In this document: in pieces, positions 18,498 to 28,485 of the stretch
Layout of the letters: every line of letters begins with the position of its first letter
Numbering within the stretch: the first letter of the stretch is position 1
Assembly (NCBI GenBank): GCA_963846575.1
Contig: CAWJWJ010000001.1
Span: 608,001 to 672,000 of the forward strand
Direction of reading: 5' to 3'
DNA: 64,000 nucleotides
DNA from: an uncultured Nitrospiraceae bacterium
GTDB taxonomy: Bacteria > Nitrospirota > Nitrospiria > Nitrospirales > Nitrospiraceae
Program-made: the position numbers and the translations under genes
The notes under the pieces: model-generated
What the model saw: only the letters and a program-made list of their open reading frames with translations
Database searches by the model: none
Told to the model about the DNA's origin: nothing

Positions 18498-18932
18498 ATG
18501 GCCTGGTGGATGTGGGCATTTCTGGGATTGGTCCTGCTGGGCGTCGAAATTACGACTCCCGGCGGGTTCTACATTTTCTTCTTCGGACTCTCGTCGCTCG
18601 TGGTGGCGGCGCTTGCGGGATTCGGGATCACTGAAGCGGAATGGGTCCAGTGGCTGCTCTTTTCGGTGATGTCCGTCGCGTCGCTGTTCGTGTTCCGCGG
18701 CCCGCTGCTACGTATGATCAAATCACATGAGGTATCAGGACCGGCGATCGACACCATGATCGGAGAGATCGCCATCCCGCTCGAACCGTTGGCGCCCGGC
18801 AGCACCGGGAAAGCGGAATGTCGCGGTACGGCCTGGACCGCCCATAATGCCGGGCCGGTCGGTCTGGCGAAGGGACAGCGCAGTCTGGTCGATCGGGTCG
18901 AGGGCCTCGCCCTGTGGCTCAAACCGGAATAG
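18498..18932 (+). CDS. NfeD-like membrane protein
   Basis: TM N-terminus and OB-fold-like G..W.A C-terminus, upstream of the SPFH gene. Confidence 0.85.
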   Translation: MAWWMWAFLGLVLLGVEITTPGGFYIFFFGLSSLVVAALAGFGITEAEWVQWLLFSVMSVASLFVFRGPLLRMIKSHEVSGPAIDTMIGEIAIPLEPLAPGSTGKAECRGTAWTAHNAGPVGLAKGQRSLVDRVEGLALWLKPE

Positions 18933-18950
18933 GCTGAGGGAGTTCTCAGG

Positions 18951-19904
18951 ATGGAGGAATCAGGTATGTCAGGTGGATTGATGGTCATGGTCGTCCTGGC
19001 GTTCCTGGTGGTGCTGATCATCGCCAAGACCGCCCGCATTGTCCCGCAACAAAGCGCGTATGTGGTCGAACGATTGGGTCGGTACTCCCGCACCCTGAGT
19101 GCCGGGTTCCACATCCTGATTCCCTTCATCGACGCCGTCCAGTATAAGCACTCACTCAAAGAGACCGCTGTCGATATTCCTGAACAGATCTGCATCACGC
19201 GCGACAACGTGCAGGTCGGGGTAGATGGCATCCTCTACATCAAAGTACTCGACCCGCAACGGGCGTCCTACGGCATCAACGACCATCGCTTCGCCATTAC
19301 CCAGCTGGCTCAGACCACGCTGCGAAGCGAGATCGGCAAGATCGATCTCGACCGGACCTTTGAGGAACGCACCAATATCAACCTGCAGGTTGTCAACGAA
19401 CTCGACAAGGCGTCAGAGCCCTGGGGCATCAAAGTGCTCCGCTACGAAATCAAAAACATCACGCCGCCCAAAGACATTTTGAACGCCATGGAAAAGCAGA
19501 TGCGGGCGGAACGGGAAAAACGTGCCGTCATTCTGGCCTCGGAAGGAGAGCGGGACGCCGCCATCAATCAGGCGGAAGGGGTAAAGCAACAGGTCATCAA
19601 GGCCTCGGAGGCCAGAAAGCAGCAACAAATCAACGAAGCGGAAGGTGCCGCGGCGGCGATCACGGCCATTGCCGCCGCCACGGCAGAAGGCCTGAGAAAG
19701 GTGGCCGAGTCGACTCAAATCCCCGGTGGGTACGAAGCCATCCAACTACGGGTCGCGGAGCAATACATCGGCAAGTTCGGCGAGCTGGCCAAGACCAGCA
19801 ATACCCTGGTCCTGCCGGCGAATGTCGCCGATGTGGGCTCGATGTTGGCGCTAGCCATGAACATGATCACGAAACGTTCCTCCCCGACGCCGCCTGCGAG
19901 ATAA
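18951..19904 (+). CDS. SPFH/stomatin-like (paraslipin/QmcA) protein
   Basis: VVERLGRY, ITRDNV, AQTTLRSEIG, QMRAEREKRA. Confidence 0.93.
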   Translation: MEESGMSGGLMVMVVLAFLVVLIIAKTARIVPQQSAYVVERLGRYSRTLSAGFHILIPFIDAVQYKHSLKETAVDIPEQICITRDNVQVGVDGILYIKVLDPQRASYGINDHRFAITQLAQTTLRSEIGKIDLDRTFEERTNINLQVVNELDKASEPWGIKVLRYEIKNITPPKDILNAMEKQMRAEREKRAVILASEGERDAAINQAEGVKQQVIKASEARKQQQINEAEGAAAAITAIAAATAEGLRKVAESTQIPGGYEAIQLRVAEQYIGKFGELAKTSNTLVLPANVADVGSMLALAMNMITKRSSPTPPAR

Positions 19905-19921
19905 GCAGCGGTTCCACCCGT

Positions 19922-19950
19922 TTGACAGTGGCTTGACGGTTCCCTACAAT
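19922..19950 (+). promoter_or_regulatory. sigma70 promoter giving a leaderless gmhA mRNA
   Basis: TTGACA-17 nt-TACAAT, 7 nt before ATG 19958. No SD sequence. Confidence 0.7.
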
Positions 19951-19957
19951 TCCGCCC

Positions 19958-20536
19958 ATGAAAGATTTCGTCATCAAGGCGTTCGATGAAAGTGCCGACG
20001 TCAAGCGGCGCTTCGCCCGGGACCACGCCGACAAGATCGGTGAGGTCGCGCAGGTCATCGGGCAGGCCTTTCGAGAGGGACGCAAGGTCCTGCTGTTCGG
20101 CAACGGCGGCAGTGCGACCGACGCCGCACACATGGCGGCCGAATTCGTCGGTCGATACAAGCGGGAACGCGCTCCCTTACCGGCCATTGCTCTCGCCACC
20201 GACATCGCCGCCATCACCTGCATCGCCAACGACTACGGCTTCGAAGCCCTTTTCGCCCGTCAGGTGCTCGCGCACGGCCAGAAAGGCGACGTCGCCATCG
20301 CCATCAGCACGAGCGGCAACTCCCCCAATGTCCTCAAGGGTATCGAAGCGGCCAGATCTCTCGGCCTGACGACGATTGCCTGGACCGGCGGTTCGGGCGG
20401 CAAGCTGGCCGGCCTTGCAGACTATGCCTTTATCGTGCCCTCGACCGTTACCGCCCGCATTCAGGAGAGCCATATCACGTTGGCCCACGTGCTTTGCGAA
20501 CTGATCGAGGACCAGGTTCTTGCCAACCCGGCGTAA
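19958..20536 (+). CDS. gmhA: sedoheptulose-7-phosphate isomerase
   Basis: GNGGSA.DA.H, ND, STSGNS, RIQESH. Confidence 0.95.
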   Translation: MKDFVIKAFDESADVKRRFARDHADKIGEVAQVIGQAFREGRKVLLFGNGGSATDAAHMAAEFVGRYKRERAPLPAIALATDIAAITCIANDYGFEALFARQVLAHGQKGDVAIAISTSGNSPNVLKGIEAARSLGLTTIAWTGGSGGKLAGLADYAFIVPSTVTARIQESHITLAHVLCELIEDQVLANPA

Positions 20537-21518
20537 GCGCACCAGTCACCCTGCCGTCCCTCCCGCGATCATCCAGCCGATAGATACATCGCGCCTGAAG
20601 ACCTATCCGCTCCAGCGACGTCACAGCAAAGTCCAGGTGGCACACTTTGCCAAGGCCTGGCCCGTCGGCCGGTCGTTGAGTCACTTTCTCGACTCGCTTC
20701 CCGACATCCTGGCGGTCAAAACGTTGCGCGAAGTGGCGCAGGCCATCGCGAAGGCCCATCGGCGCGGTCGCCCCGTCATTGTGGGCATGGGCGCCCATGT
20801 GGTGAAGGTGGGGCTGGGGCCGCTCCTGGTGGACCTGATGGAGCGCGGCATCGTCACGGCTCTCGCGATGAACGGCGCCGTGATCATCCACGACTTCGAA
20901 CTGGCCTTCATGGGGCATACATCCGAGGAGGTCGACGCGGAAATCGATTCGGGACGATTCGGCATGGCGGAAGAAACCGGTCGCATGTTGAACGAGGCCA
21001 TCTCGCTGGGCATGAAGGAGGGCCAGGGCCTGGGCGAATCACTCGGGCTCTACATCAATCGCCAAAAACGGCAGTTTCCGCACCGCGCCACCAGCCTGCT
21101 GGCGACCGGAGCGCGCCTGGGTATTCCCGTCACGGTCCATGTGGCCGTCGGGACCGACATCATTCACATGCATCCGTCTGCCGACGGTGCCGCAATCGGT
21201 GCCGGATCACTGCTCGATTTTCGCCGCCTCGCGGCCGTCGTCTCCGCGATGGAAGGCGGAGTCTACCTCAATCTGGGCTCCGCGGTGATCCTACCGGAGG
21301 TGTTCTTGAAAGCCGTCTCCCTTGGACGCAATCTCGGCCACCCGCTCACGAACATCACGACCGTGAATATGGATTTTCTGACGCACTACCGCCCCATGAC
21401 CAACGTCGTGCGCCGTCCTACGCAAAAAGGCGGCAAGGGCTATGCGTTGACCGGGCATCACGAGATCATGGTGCCGCTATTGGCGGCCGCTGTGCTTGAG
21501 GAATTGGCGGGCCAGTGA
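20520..21518 (+). CDS. deoxyhypusine-synthase-like conserved protein
   Basis: GAHVVKVG, NGA..IHD.E, TVHVA.GTDI.H, GSAV..PEVFLK, GHHE. TTG start overlapping gmhA. Confidence 0.7.
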   Translation: MPTRRKRTSHPAVPPAIIQPIDTSRLKTYPLQRRHSKVQVAHFAKAWPVGRSLSHFLDSLPDILAVKTLREVAQAIAKAHRRGRPVIVGMGAHVVKVGLGPLLVDLMERGIVTALAMNGAVIIHDFELAFMGHTSEEVDAEIDSGRFGMAEETGRMLNEAISLGMKEGQGLGESLGLYINRQKRQFPHRATSLLATGARLGIPVTVHVAVGTDIIHMHPSADGAAIGAGSLLDFRRLAAVVSAMEGGVYLNLGSAVILPEVFLKAVSLGRNLGHPLTNITTVNMDFLTHYRPMTNVVRRPTQKGGKGYALTGHHEIMVPLLAAAVLEELAGQ

Positions 21519-21564
21519 CGCGGACTTCCCGATAGCGCCTGCCGTCGCAGACACGGGAGAAATA

Positions 21565-22197
21565 GTGACCACCACCCTGCCCACGACGGAACTGCTGCTC
21601 GCCAGCTGGGCGGATCTCAACTCCCGCTACTTTCGTGGCGCCTTGCCTCCGATTCGCATCGAATGGAGCCGTCGACTCACCTCATCCGCCGGAATGTTCG
21701 TCTGCCGCATGGGCCCCCGGCACGCCGTGGCACCGCTAACCGCTGACGACAGCCGGCGGCGTTGCATCAAACTTTCGGCGATCCTCCTGCATAAACAGGG
21801 GTCGCACGACGCACACGAGACCTTGACGACGCTGGCCCACGAAATGATCCATCAATGGCAATACGATATTCTGAAGCGTCGCCCGAATCATGGCCGCGAT
21901 TTCCGGCGCATGATGGCGCGGATGAATGAAGAAGGCCTTGGCATTACGATCTACCACTCACTGGGCAGGGAAGTGGCCGCTTTGGCCAAGTATGCCTGGC
22001 GCTGCCAGCGTTGCGGCTCGATCTACCATCGCCAGCGCCGGAGCATTCAACCGCGGCGGCATTCCTGCGGTGCCTGTCGAGGACCGTTACGCGAACTGAC
22101 GGTCGCGCAGGACGACTCGCGGCCGACAGTGGAACCGGCACCCGTCGCGACCGGGGCCACCGGACCGCAACTGATCCTGCCCTTCCGCGTCCCGTAG
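21565..22197 (+). CDS. SprT-family zinc metalloprotease with Zn ribbon and C-terminal QLILPF
   Basis: LN..YF...LP, W..RL...AG, HEMIH, H..F, CxxC..CxxC. GTG start after GGGAG. Confidence 0.85.
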   Translation: MTTTLPTTELLLASWADLNSRYFRGALPPIRIEWSRRLTSSAGMFVCRMGPRHAVAPLTADDSRRRCIKLSAILLHKQGSHDAHETLTTLAHEMIHQWQYDILKRRPNHGRDFRRMMARMNEEGLGITIYHSLGREVAALAKYAWRCQRCGSIYHRQRRSIQPRRHSCGACRGPLRELTVAQDDSRPTVEPAPVATGATGPQLILPFRVP

Positions 22198-22205
22198 GAC
22201 CATCC

Positions 22206-23399
22206 ATGTCCGCCCGATGGCTTCGACAAATTCTTTTCGGCGACATCGATGCGATGTTTGCTTCGGCGGCTGTCTTGTCGGATCCCTCCCTCGCCGGGAG
22301 ACCGATCGCCGTCGGTGGTCCGCCCCCTCGCGGCATCATCGCGGCAGCCAGTTACGAAGTGCGCCGGTACGGGGTCCATTCCGCCATGCCGACCATGACA
22401 GCCCTCCGGCTTTGTCCCGGACTTGTGTTAGTTCCACCCGACCGGCCGCTGTACGACCGCCTGCATCACGAACTCCAGCTGGTGACGGACCGGTTTTTCC
22501 CTGAAACCGAATGGACCAGCGTCGACGAGTTTTATACCGACACCACCCGGCTCCAAACACGGCATCCCGATCCTCACGAGCTGGGTCATGCGCTCAAGGC
22601 CGGCATCCGCCGCTCGACCGGATTGACCTGTACGGTCGCGGTGGCGTCGGGCAAAGCCGTCGCGAAGATCGCGGCCGACACGCATAAGCCTGATGGCCTG
22701 GCGGTGATCGAGCCGGGCACTGAGGCGGCCTTCCTGGCTCCGTTGCCGGTTCGCTCCCTTCCCGGGATGGGACCCAAATCCACCGAGTCAGTCGAACGCC
22801 TGGGGATTCGGGTCGTCGGTGATCTGCTCGCGCCGCGCTTCGAATCGTCGCTCGCTCGCCTGTTCGGCACGCGTTTCGCGACGCTCCAATTACTGGCCCG
22901 GGGAATCGATACCGATCCTGTCGTGGCGGACCGCGAGGCGAAAAGCGTGAGCCATGAGACGACCTTCGATGAGGATACCAATGATCCGGCCCTGCTGGAA
23001 CCGATTGTCCATGGCTTTCTGGAGCAACTGACGCATGATCTTCGAATGGAAGGGCTGGCCGCCGGTTCGTTCACCGTCAAACTTAAGGACGCCCGGTTTC
23101 GCATCACGACGCGGCAACGGAGATTCTCCACGCCGGCAAACTATGATCCGGCGATGTGGCCGAGCATCAGGCTCGCCCTCACCGAGCTGATGCAATCTGG
23201 ATCACGATACCGGCTGGTAGGTCTGGGACTGTCGGATCTGACCACGGCCCCCGTACCGCTCTTCGACCGGCGGCAACGCGACGCCGTCGCTGTTCTCGAT
23301 CGCTTGATCGAACAGCACGGTTCCGGCGTGGTTCGTCTGGGAGGACTCCCGGCTGCGGGCGAAAGTAAGAAGAAGCGGGACCATCACCGGAAACCGTGA
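22206..23399 (+). CDS. dinB: DNA polymerase IV (Y-family)
   Basis: DIDAMFAS, AASYE.R.YGV.SAMP, SVDE, AKIA....KPDG, KSVSHETTF. Confidence 0.92.
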   Translation: MSARWLRQILFGDIDAMFASAAVLSDPSLAGRPIAVGGPPPRGIIAAASYEVRRYGVHSAMPTMTALRLCPGLVLVPPDRPLYDRLHHELQLVTDRFFPETEWTSVDEFYTDTTRLQTRHPDPHELGHALKAGIRRSTGLTCTVAVASGKAVAKIAADTHKPDGLAVIEPGTEAAFLAPLPVRSLPGMGPKSTESVERLGIRVVGDLLAPRFESSLARLFGTRFATLQLLARGIDTDPVVADREAKSVSHETTFDEDTNDPALLEPIVHGFLEQLTHDLRMEGLAAGSFTVKLKDARFRITTRQRRFSTPANYDPAMWPSIRLALTELMQSGSRYRLVGLGLSDLTTAPVPLFDRRQRDAVAVLDRLIEQHGSGVVRLGGLPAAGESKKKRDHHRKP

Positions 23400-23485
23400 G
23401 CTGCCCATAGCGGGGAGCGAGAGAACCATTGCTTCAAGAGGCACCCTCCCCCTAAGATAAGGTTTTTCGAATTGGCATCGATTCT

Positions 23486-23968
23486 ATGCACTCAAAAGTC
23501 GTTATGCGCCCACAACTGGTCTCCCTCCTGGGAGAACCTCGCCGTAAACAACAGGTCCTGGTCTTTACCAACGGCTGCTTCGACCTCATGCACATCGGCC
23601 ACACGCGCTACCTGCAGGCCGCCCGCGACCTTGGTGATCTGTTGATCGTGGGCGTCAATTCGGACGCATCCGTACGAACCTTGAGCAAGGGCGCCGACCG
23701 CCCCATCGTGCCGGACGATCAACGGGCCGAAGTCCTCGCCGCGTTGTCCTGCGTCGATTATGTGGTCATTTTTCCAGAGCCAGATCCCGGTCCGCTCATC
23801 GCGGCCCTCCAGCCCGATATTCTCGTGAAGGGCGGAGACTGGCCGTTGGATCGAATTGTGGGCCGGGAGACGGTCGAGGCTCGAGGCGGACGTGTCCAGA
23901 CGATTCCTCTCATCCCCGGTGTCTCGACAACGACTTTGTTACAGCGGATTCGTTCCACCACAGCGTAA
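23486..23968 (+). CDS. rfaE2: D-glycero-beta-D-manno-heptose 1-phosphate adenylyltransferase
   Basis: TNGCFDL.H.GH, NSD.SV, KGGDW, STT. Confidence 0.93.
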   Translation: MHSKVVMRPQLVSLLGEPRRKQQVLVFTNGCFDLMHIGHTRYLQAARDLGDLLIVGVNSDASVRTLSKGADRPIVPDDQRAEVLAALSCVDYVVIFPEPDPGPLIAALQPDILVKGGDWPLDRIVGRETVEARGGRVQTIPLIPGVSTTTLLQRIRSTTA

Positions 23969-23975
23969 GGACCTC

Positions 23976-26900
23976 GTGCCGCCCATCGCGCCATCGCATC
24001 TCATCAATTGGCTCACTCCTGCGCGGGACGCCCTTCAGACAGGCAGTAGCAAGCCCTGCCTGGTGGGTTTGCACGGCTCGACGGCCGGCTTTGGCCTGGC
24101 GCTCCTGACCCAGAACGCCACGAACCAACCCCTCGCCGATCGGTCCTGGCTGGTGGTCGCTAAGACCGACGATGAGGCGGAACGCCTCTATGGCGATACG
24201 CTGTTTTTTCGAACCCTCTGCGGGTTATCCGGCGACGATCTGGCACTCTTCCCCAAGTGGGAAACCCTGCCCTATGAATCGACCGTGCCCCATATTGATC
24301 TGGTGGCCCGCCGCATGCAGACCTTGCAACGCCTCTGCACCACGTCGCGCACGGTGCTGTTCACGTCGATGCCGGCACTCATGCAGCGTGTCCTCCCCGC
24401 GCTCGTCTTTAGCGACGCCGTGCTCCACTTCGAACCGAACGGGGATCTGGAACGGGAGGTCCTGGTGTCCAGACTGTTGCGCTTGGGGTACCGGAAGAGT
24501 TCCGTGGTGGAAATTCCCGGCGAGTTCAGCATCCGCGGCGGGATCGTCGATATTTATTCGACGGCCTATCCCGACCCGCTACGAGTCGAATTCCTCGGCG
24601 ACACCATCGAGTCGCTCCGGTTCTTCGATCCCGCCACCCAGAAATCCACCGACAAGGTCAAGCAGGCTTGGGTATTGCCCGCTCGTGAGTTGATTCGTCC
24701 GGAGGAGGCCCCCGACGCCTTAGCGCCCCTGCCGGCAGACGCCGAATGGCACGCGCCTTCTGTCTACGGCGCGATGGACAGTCTGCTGGATTATTTCCCC
24801 CGTCCGCCGGTGGTCGTCCTGGATCAACCGAACACGCTCAAGGACCAGAATGCGGCATGTTGGCGGGCTATTGAAGAAGGGTATCTCCGTCATGAAGACC
24901 GGACGGACCCGAATCCCTACCCGACTCCCGATCAACTGTATGTCACATGGGATCAGATTGTCGACGCGACTCATGGCTACGCCACGCTCGCCTTGGAACC
25001 GGTCACGGCGCCGGATGCGACCTGGGACCCCCTCGTCACCTGTCCGGCACAAACGCCGGCGAGCGTCGGGCTCGGCCAACGCGGCACCGCGTTCAGTCAT
25101 ACGCTGGAAGTTCTCGACCGGCTGCGCGAAAGCGGGCCCGTCGTGCTCGTCGCCCGCAGCCAGGGCCAGGTCGGTCGCCTGCTCGCGCTCTTCAGCGAAC
25201 ACGATCGCCCCGCCGTTGAATGGAAGCCCGCGGCGCTCTCGGCCGGCGGCGCACAGAAGGCCCCCTTCTCCGTTCTCAACGGCGAGGTCTCAGCCGGTTT
25301 TCTCTCCCCGGATCTGCGCCTCGTCGTGCTCACGGAGGAAGAACTCTTCGCCAAAGGCACTCGCCACAAACCGCAGGCCAAGAGCAAGGCCGCCACGTTT
25401 CTCTCCTCGCTGGAAGATCTGAACGTCGGCGACTATGTCGTGCACATGCAGTATGGCATTGCGAAGTATCAGGGACTTCGCCGCCTGTCGGTTCAGGACT
25501 TTGACAGTGACTTCCTGGTGTTGGAGTTTGCCGGAACGGACAAACTTTATGTGCCCCTCGATCGGCTGAACCAGGTCCAACGGTATGCGGGAGCCGACGC
25601 CCATGTGCCCCGCCTGGATCGGCTGGGCGGCACCAGCTGGGCGAAGACAACCGCGCGGGTCAAAAAAGACATCGAGGAGATGGCGCACGAGCTCGTCGAT
25701 CTCTATGCCAACCGGGAACTGGTCCACCGAACGTCGTACGGCAAAGACAGCATGCTGTATCACGAGTTCGAGGCGGCCTTCGAGTATGAGGAAACGCCTG
25801 ATCAACGTCGGGCCATTGAAGACATCGCGAATGACATGGCCTCCACCAAACCGATGGACCGCCTCGTCTGCGGCGATGTGGGGTACGGCAAGACCGAGGT
25901 GGCCATGCGGGCCGCTTTCAAGGCAGTGGAAGAAAATCGCCAAGTCGCCGTGCTCGTCCCGACCACGCTGCTGGCGCACCAGCACTACGACAACTTTGCG
26001 GAACGGTTTGCGCCCTTCCCCACCCGTGTCGCCCTCCTCTCCCGTTTTCAATCCCCCAAGGAGACCAAAGCGATTATCAAGGACACTGCGGCGGGCGTCG
26101 TCGATGTGTTAATCGGCACCCACCGTCTTTTGCAGAAAGACGTGCAGTTCCGCAACCTCGGACTGGTGATCATCGACGAGGAACAATGGTTCGGCGTGAA
26201 ACACAAGGAACGTCTCAAACAATTGCGCACCCAGGTCGACGTCTTGACCCTGACCGCCACGCCGATTCCCAGAACCCTGCAAATGACCATGGCGAGCGTG
26301 CGCGACCTTTCGATCATCGATACGCCTCCCTCCGGCCGGCTGGCCATTCGCACACAGGTCTTACGATTCAGTGAGAAGGCCATCCGGGAGGCGATCTTGC
26401 GCGAACTCGGCCGCGGCGGCCAAACCTACTTCGTCCACAATCGGGTGGAAACCATGGAGCGGATGGGGGCCTGGCTCCAGGAACTCGTGCCGGAGGCTCG
26501 CATCGTGATGGCCCACGGACAGATGGACTCCAAACCGCTGGAAGCCGTGATGCTGAAGTTTTTCCATCGGGAGGCCGATATCCTGATCGCCTCCGCCATC
26601 ATTCAATCCGGCCTGGATGTGCCGACCGCCAACACCATCATCGTCAATCGTGCAGACGCGTTCGGACTGGCCCAGCTGTACCAGCTGCGCGGGCGGGTCG
26701 GCCGGGGCGGCGAACAGGCCTACGCCTACTTTCTCGTGCCGGACGAGGGCTCGCTCTCGGATGATGCCCAGAAACGCCTGACCGCCATTCAACAATTTAC
26801 CGAGTTGGGATCCGGCTTCCGGATTGCGGCAGCGGACTTGGAGATCCGCGGTGCGGGCAACTTGCTGGGCAAGCAGCAGTCGGGGCATATCGCGGCTGTG

Positions 26901-27449
26901 GGCCTCGATCTGTACCTGCAAATGGTCGAACAGGCCGTCCAACGGCTGAAAGGCCAGGTGGTGGAGGAGGAACCGGATCCCACGTTGCGCCTCAGCGTCT
27001 CGGCGTTCATTCCTGAAGATTACGTGGTGGACAGCCACCAGCGCCTGTCGCTGTACAAGCGTCTGTCTTCCTGCGGGCAACTCGGGGACTTGGCGTTAAT
27101 GCATGGTGAAATTGAAGACCGGTACGGACCGCCTCCCGATCCCGTTGAACGTCTCTTCGAGATGATGCAGATCCGTCTTCTGGCCAAGCAGCTTCGTTTG
27201 AGTTCCGTCGTCGAACAGCCTCACGCCGTCGTGATCACCTTCGATCCCAAGGCCATGGTTCCTGAGGCCGCGGTGCAAGCCTTGATGGACCGGTACAAGA
27301 AGCGGTTGCGTTTTCTGTCTCCCCTCTCCTTTGAACTCCAGATGCCGCATGAAGACTGGAGTTTGGTCTTTCCGGAACTCAACGCAACCTTGCAAACCCT
27401 CCTGGTCTGTGGTACCAACAGACAAGGGCCACAAACGGGCTCGACCTGA
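23976..27449 (+). CDS. mfd: transcription-repair coupling factor
   Basis: GDVGYGKTEVA, DEEQ, TATPIPRTL, QLRGRVGR, DLEIRGAGN, TRCF C-domain. Confidence 0.97.
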   Translation: MPPIAPSHLINWLTPARDALQTGSSKPCLVGLHGSTAGFGLALLTQNATNQPLADRSWLVVAKTDDEAERLYGDTLFFRTLCGLSGDDLALFPKWETLPYESTVPHIDLVARRMQTLQRLCTTSRTVLFTSMPALMQRVLPALVFSDAVLHFEPNGDLEREVLVSRLLRLGYRKSSVVEIPGEFSIRGGIVDIYSTAYPDPLRVEFLGDTIESLRFFDPATQKSTDKVKQAWVLPARELIRPEEAPDALAPLPADAEWHAPSVYGAMDSLLDYFPRPPVVVLDQPNTLKDQNAACWRAIEEGYLRHEDRTDPNPYPTPDQLYVTWDQIVDATHGYATLALEPVTAPDATWDPLVTCPAQTPASVGLGQRGTAFSHTLEVLDRLRESGPVVLVARSQGQVGRLLALFSEHDRPAVEWKPAALSAGGAQKAPFSVLNGEVSAGFLSPDLRLVVLTEEELFAKGTRHKPQAKSKAATFLSSLEDLNVGDYVVHMQYGIAKYQGLRRLSVQDFDSDFLVLEFAGTDKLYVPLDRLNQVQRYAGADAHVPRLDRLGGTSWAKTTARVKKDIEEMAHELVDLYANRELVHRTSYGKDSMLYHEFEAAFEYEETPDQRRAIEDIANDMASTKPMDRLVCGDVGYGKTEVAMRAAFKAVEENRQVAVLVPTTLLAHQHYDNFAERFAPFPTRVALLSRFQSPKETKAIIKDTAAGVVDVLIGTHRLLQKDVQFRNLGLVIIDEEQWFGVKHKERLKQLRTQVDVLTLTATPIPRTLQMTMASVRDLSIIDTPPSGRLAIRTQVLRFSEKAIREAILRELGRGGQTYFVHNRVETMERMGAWLQELVPEARIVMAHGQMDSKPLEAVMLKFFHREADILIASAIIQSGLDVPTANTIIVNRADAFGLAQLYQLRGRVGRGGEQAYAYFLVPDEGSLSDDAQKRLTAIQQFTELGSGFRIAAADLEIRGAGNLLGKQQSGHIAAVGLDLYLQMVEQAVQRLKGQVVEEEPDPTLRLSVSAFIPEDYVVDSHQRLSLYKRLSSCGQLGDLALMHGEIEDRYGPPPDPVERLFEMMQIRLLAKQLRLSSVVEQPHAVVITFDPKAMVPEAAVQALMDRYKKRLRFLSPLSFELQMPHEDWSLVFPELNATLQTLLVCGTNRQGPQTGST

Positions 27450-27478
27450 TCTTCGCAGAGGATACGCCTTCCGACCGC

Positions 27479-28375
27479 ATGACAGCACCGCTCACATTCC
27501 ACAGGATCGACCGGCAGGTTCGCGTGACCTGGTTCGCGCTTGGGCTCTGGGTCTTCGCTCCCTTGGCCGCCTGCACTCAACCTCCGCAGGAAGAACCGGT
27601 CATCGCCATGGTCAACGGGCGATCCATCACGCAATCTGAATTTGATATGCGCTGGGAGGAACTCTCGCAGGCCACCCGCACCAGATATGAAAAAGAAGGC
27701 GGAAAGCGCCGCTTTCTTGATGAATTGATCATGCGCGAATTGCTCATGCAGGAGGCGCGCAAGCAGGGATTGGATCAGAACGATGACATCCGTGAAAAGA
27801 CCTTACGCTATCGTGAGCAACTGATCCTGGATGAACTCCTCAAAGATCGGCTCAAGACCAAAGTCGAAATCTCCAAAGACGAGCTGGATGCCTACCTCGG
27901 GAAACATGCCAACCAGCTGTTGGCGAATCCCAAGGTGCAGGTATCGGTGATGTTGTTGCCGAACATTTATGCGGCGAAGGACCTCAAGCGGCAGGTGGAG
28001 GCCGGCGGCAACTTTTCGCGCTTTGCCCTTCGCTATTCCATCGATGAACGGAGCCGCGCCAAAGGCGGCGACCTGGGTCCCTATCGCAAAGGCCTTCTGG
28101 AACCGGAACTCGAAGCATTGATTCCCTCCCTCCATGCGGGAGCGGTCAGCGATCCGGTGAAGACCGACAAGGGCTATTACCTGATGAAGGTGAGTCCGCT
28201 GGATCCGGAAATCCTCCAAAAGGATCAAGCCATCCGCGAACGGCTCCGGCAGGAACTTCTGGCCGAAAAGCACAGGAAGCGGCTGGAGGATATTTACACT
28301 GACCTCCGCTCCGGCGCGACGATCCGTCTGGCCGACGCCGCGCGTTATGTGACCGATGAACCCGCTCGTCCCTAG
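27479..28375 (+). CDS. PrsA/PpiC-type peptidyl-prolyl isomerase lipoprotein
   Basis: Lipobox LAAC, SurA-like N-domain, F..A..YS.D, GGDLG. Confidence 0.85.
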   Translation: MTAPLTFHRIDRQVRVTWFALGLWVFAPLAACTQPPQEEPVIAMVNGRSITQSEFDMRWEELSQATRTRYEKEGGKRRFLDELIMRELLMQEARKQGLDQNDDIREKTLRYREQLILDELLKDRLKTKVEISKDELDAYLGKHANQLLANPKVQVSVMLLPNIYAAKDLKRQVEAGGNFSRFALRYSIDERSRAKGGDLGPYRKGLLEPELEALIPSLHAGAVSDPVKTDKGYYLMKVSPLDPEILQKDQAIRERLRQELLAEKHRKRLEDIYTDLRSGATIRLADAARYVTDEPARP

Positions 28376-28485
28376 TCATCATCCCATTCGACTCCTGCGT
28401 ACCTGCGTTCTGCGCCCTTCCGTACATGGCATGATGAACGCGCTCCCCTTCTGACCTGTCGATTGTGTACAATTCCCTCATTGCC

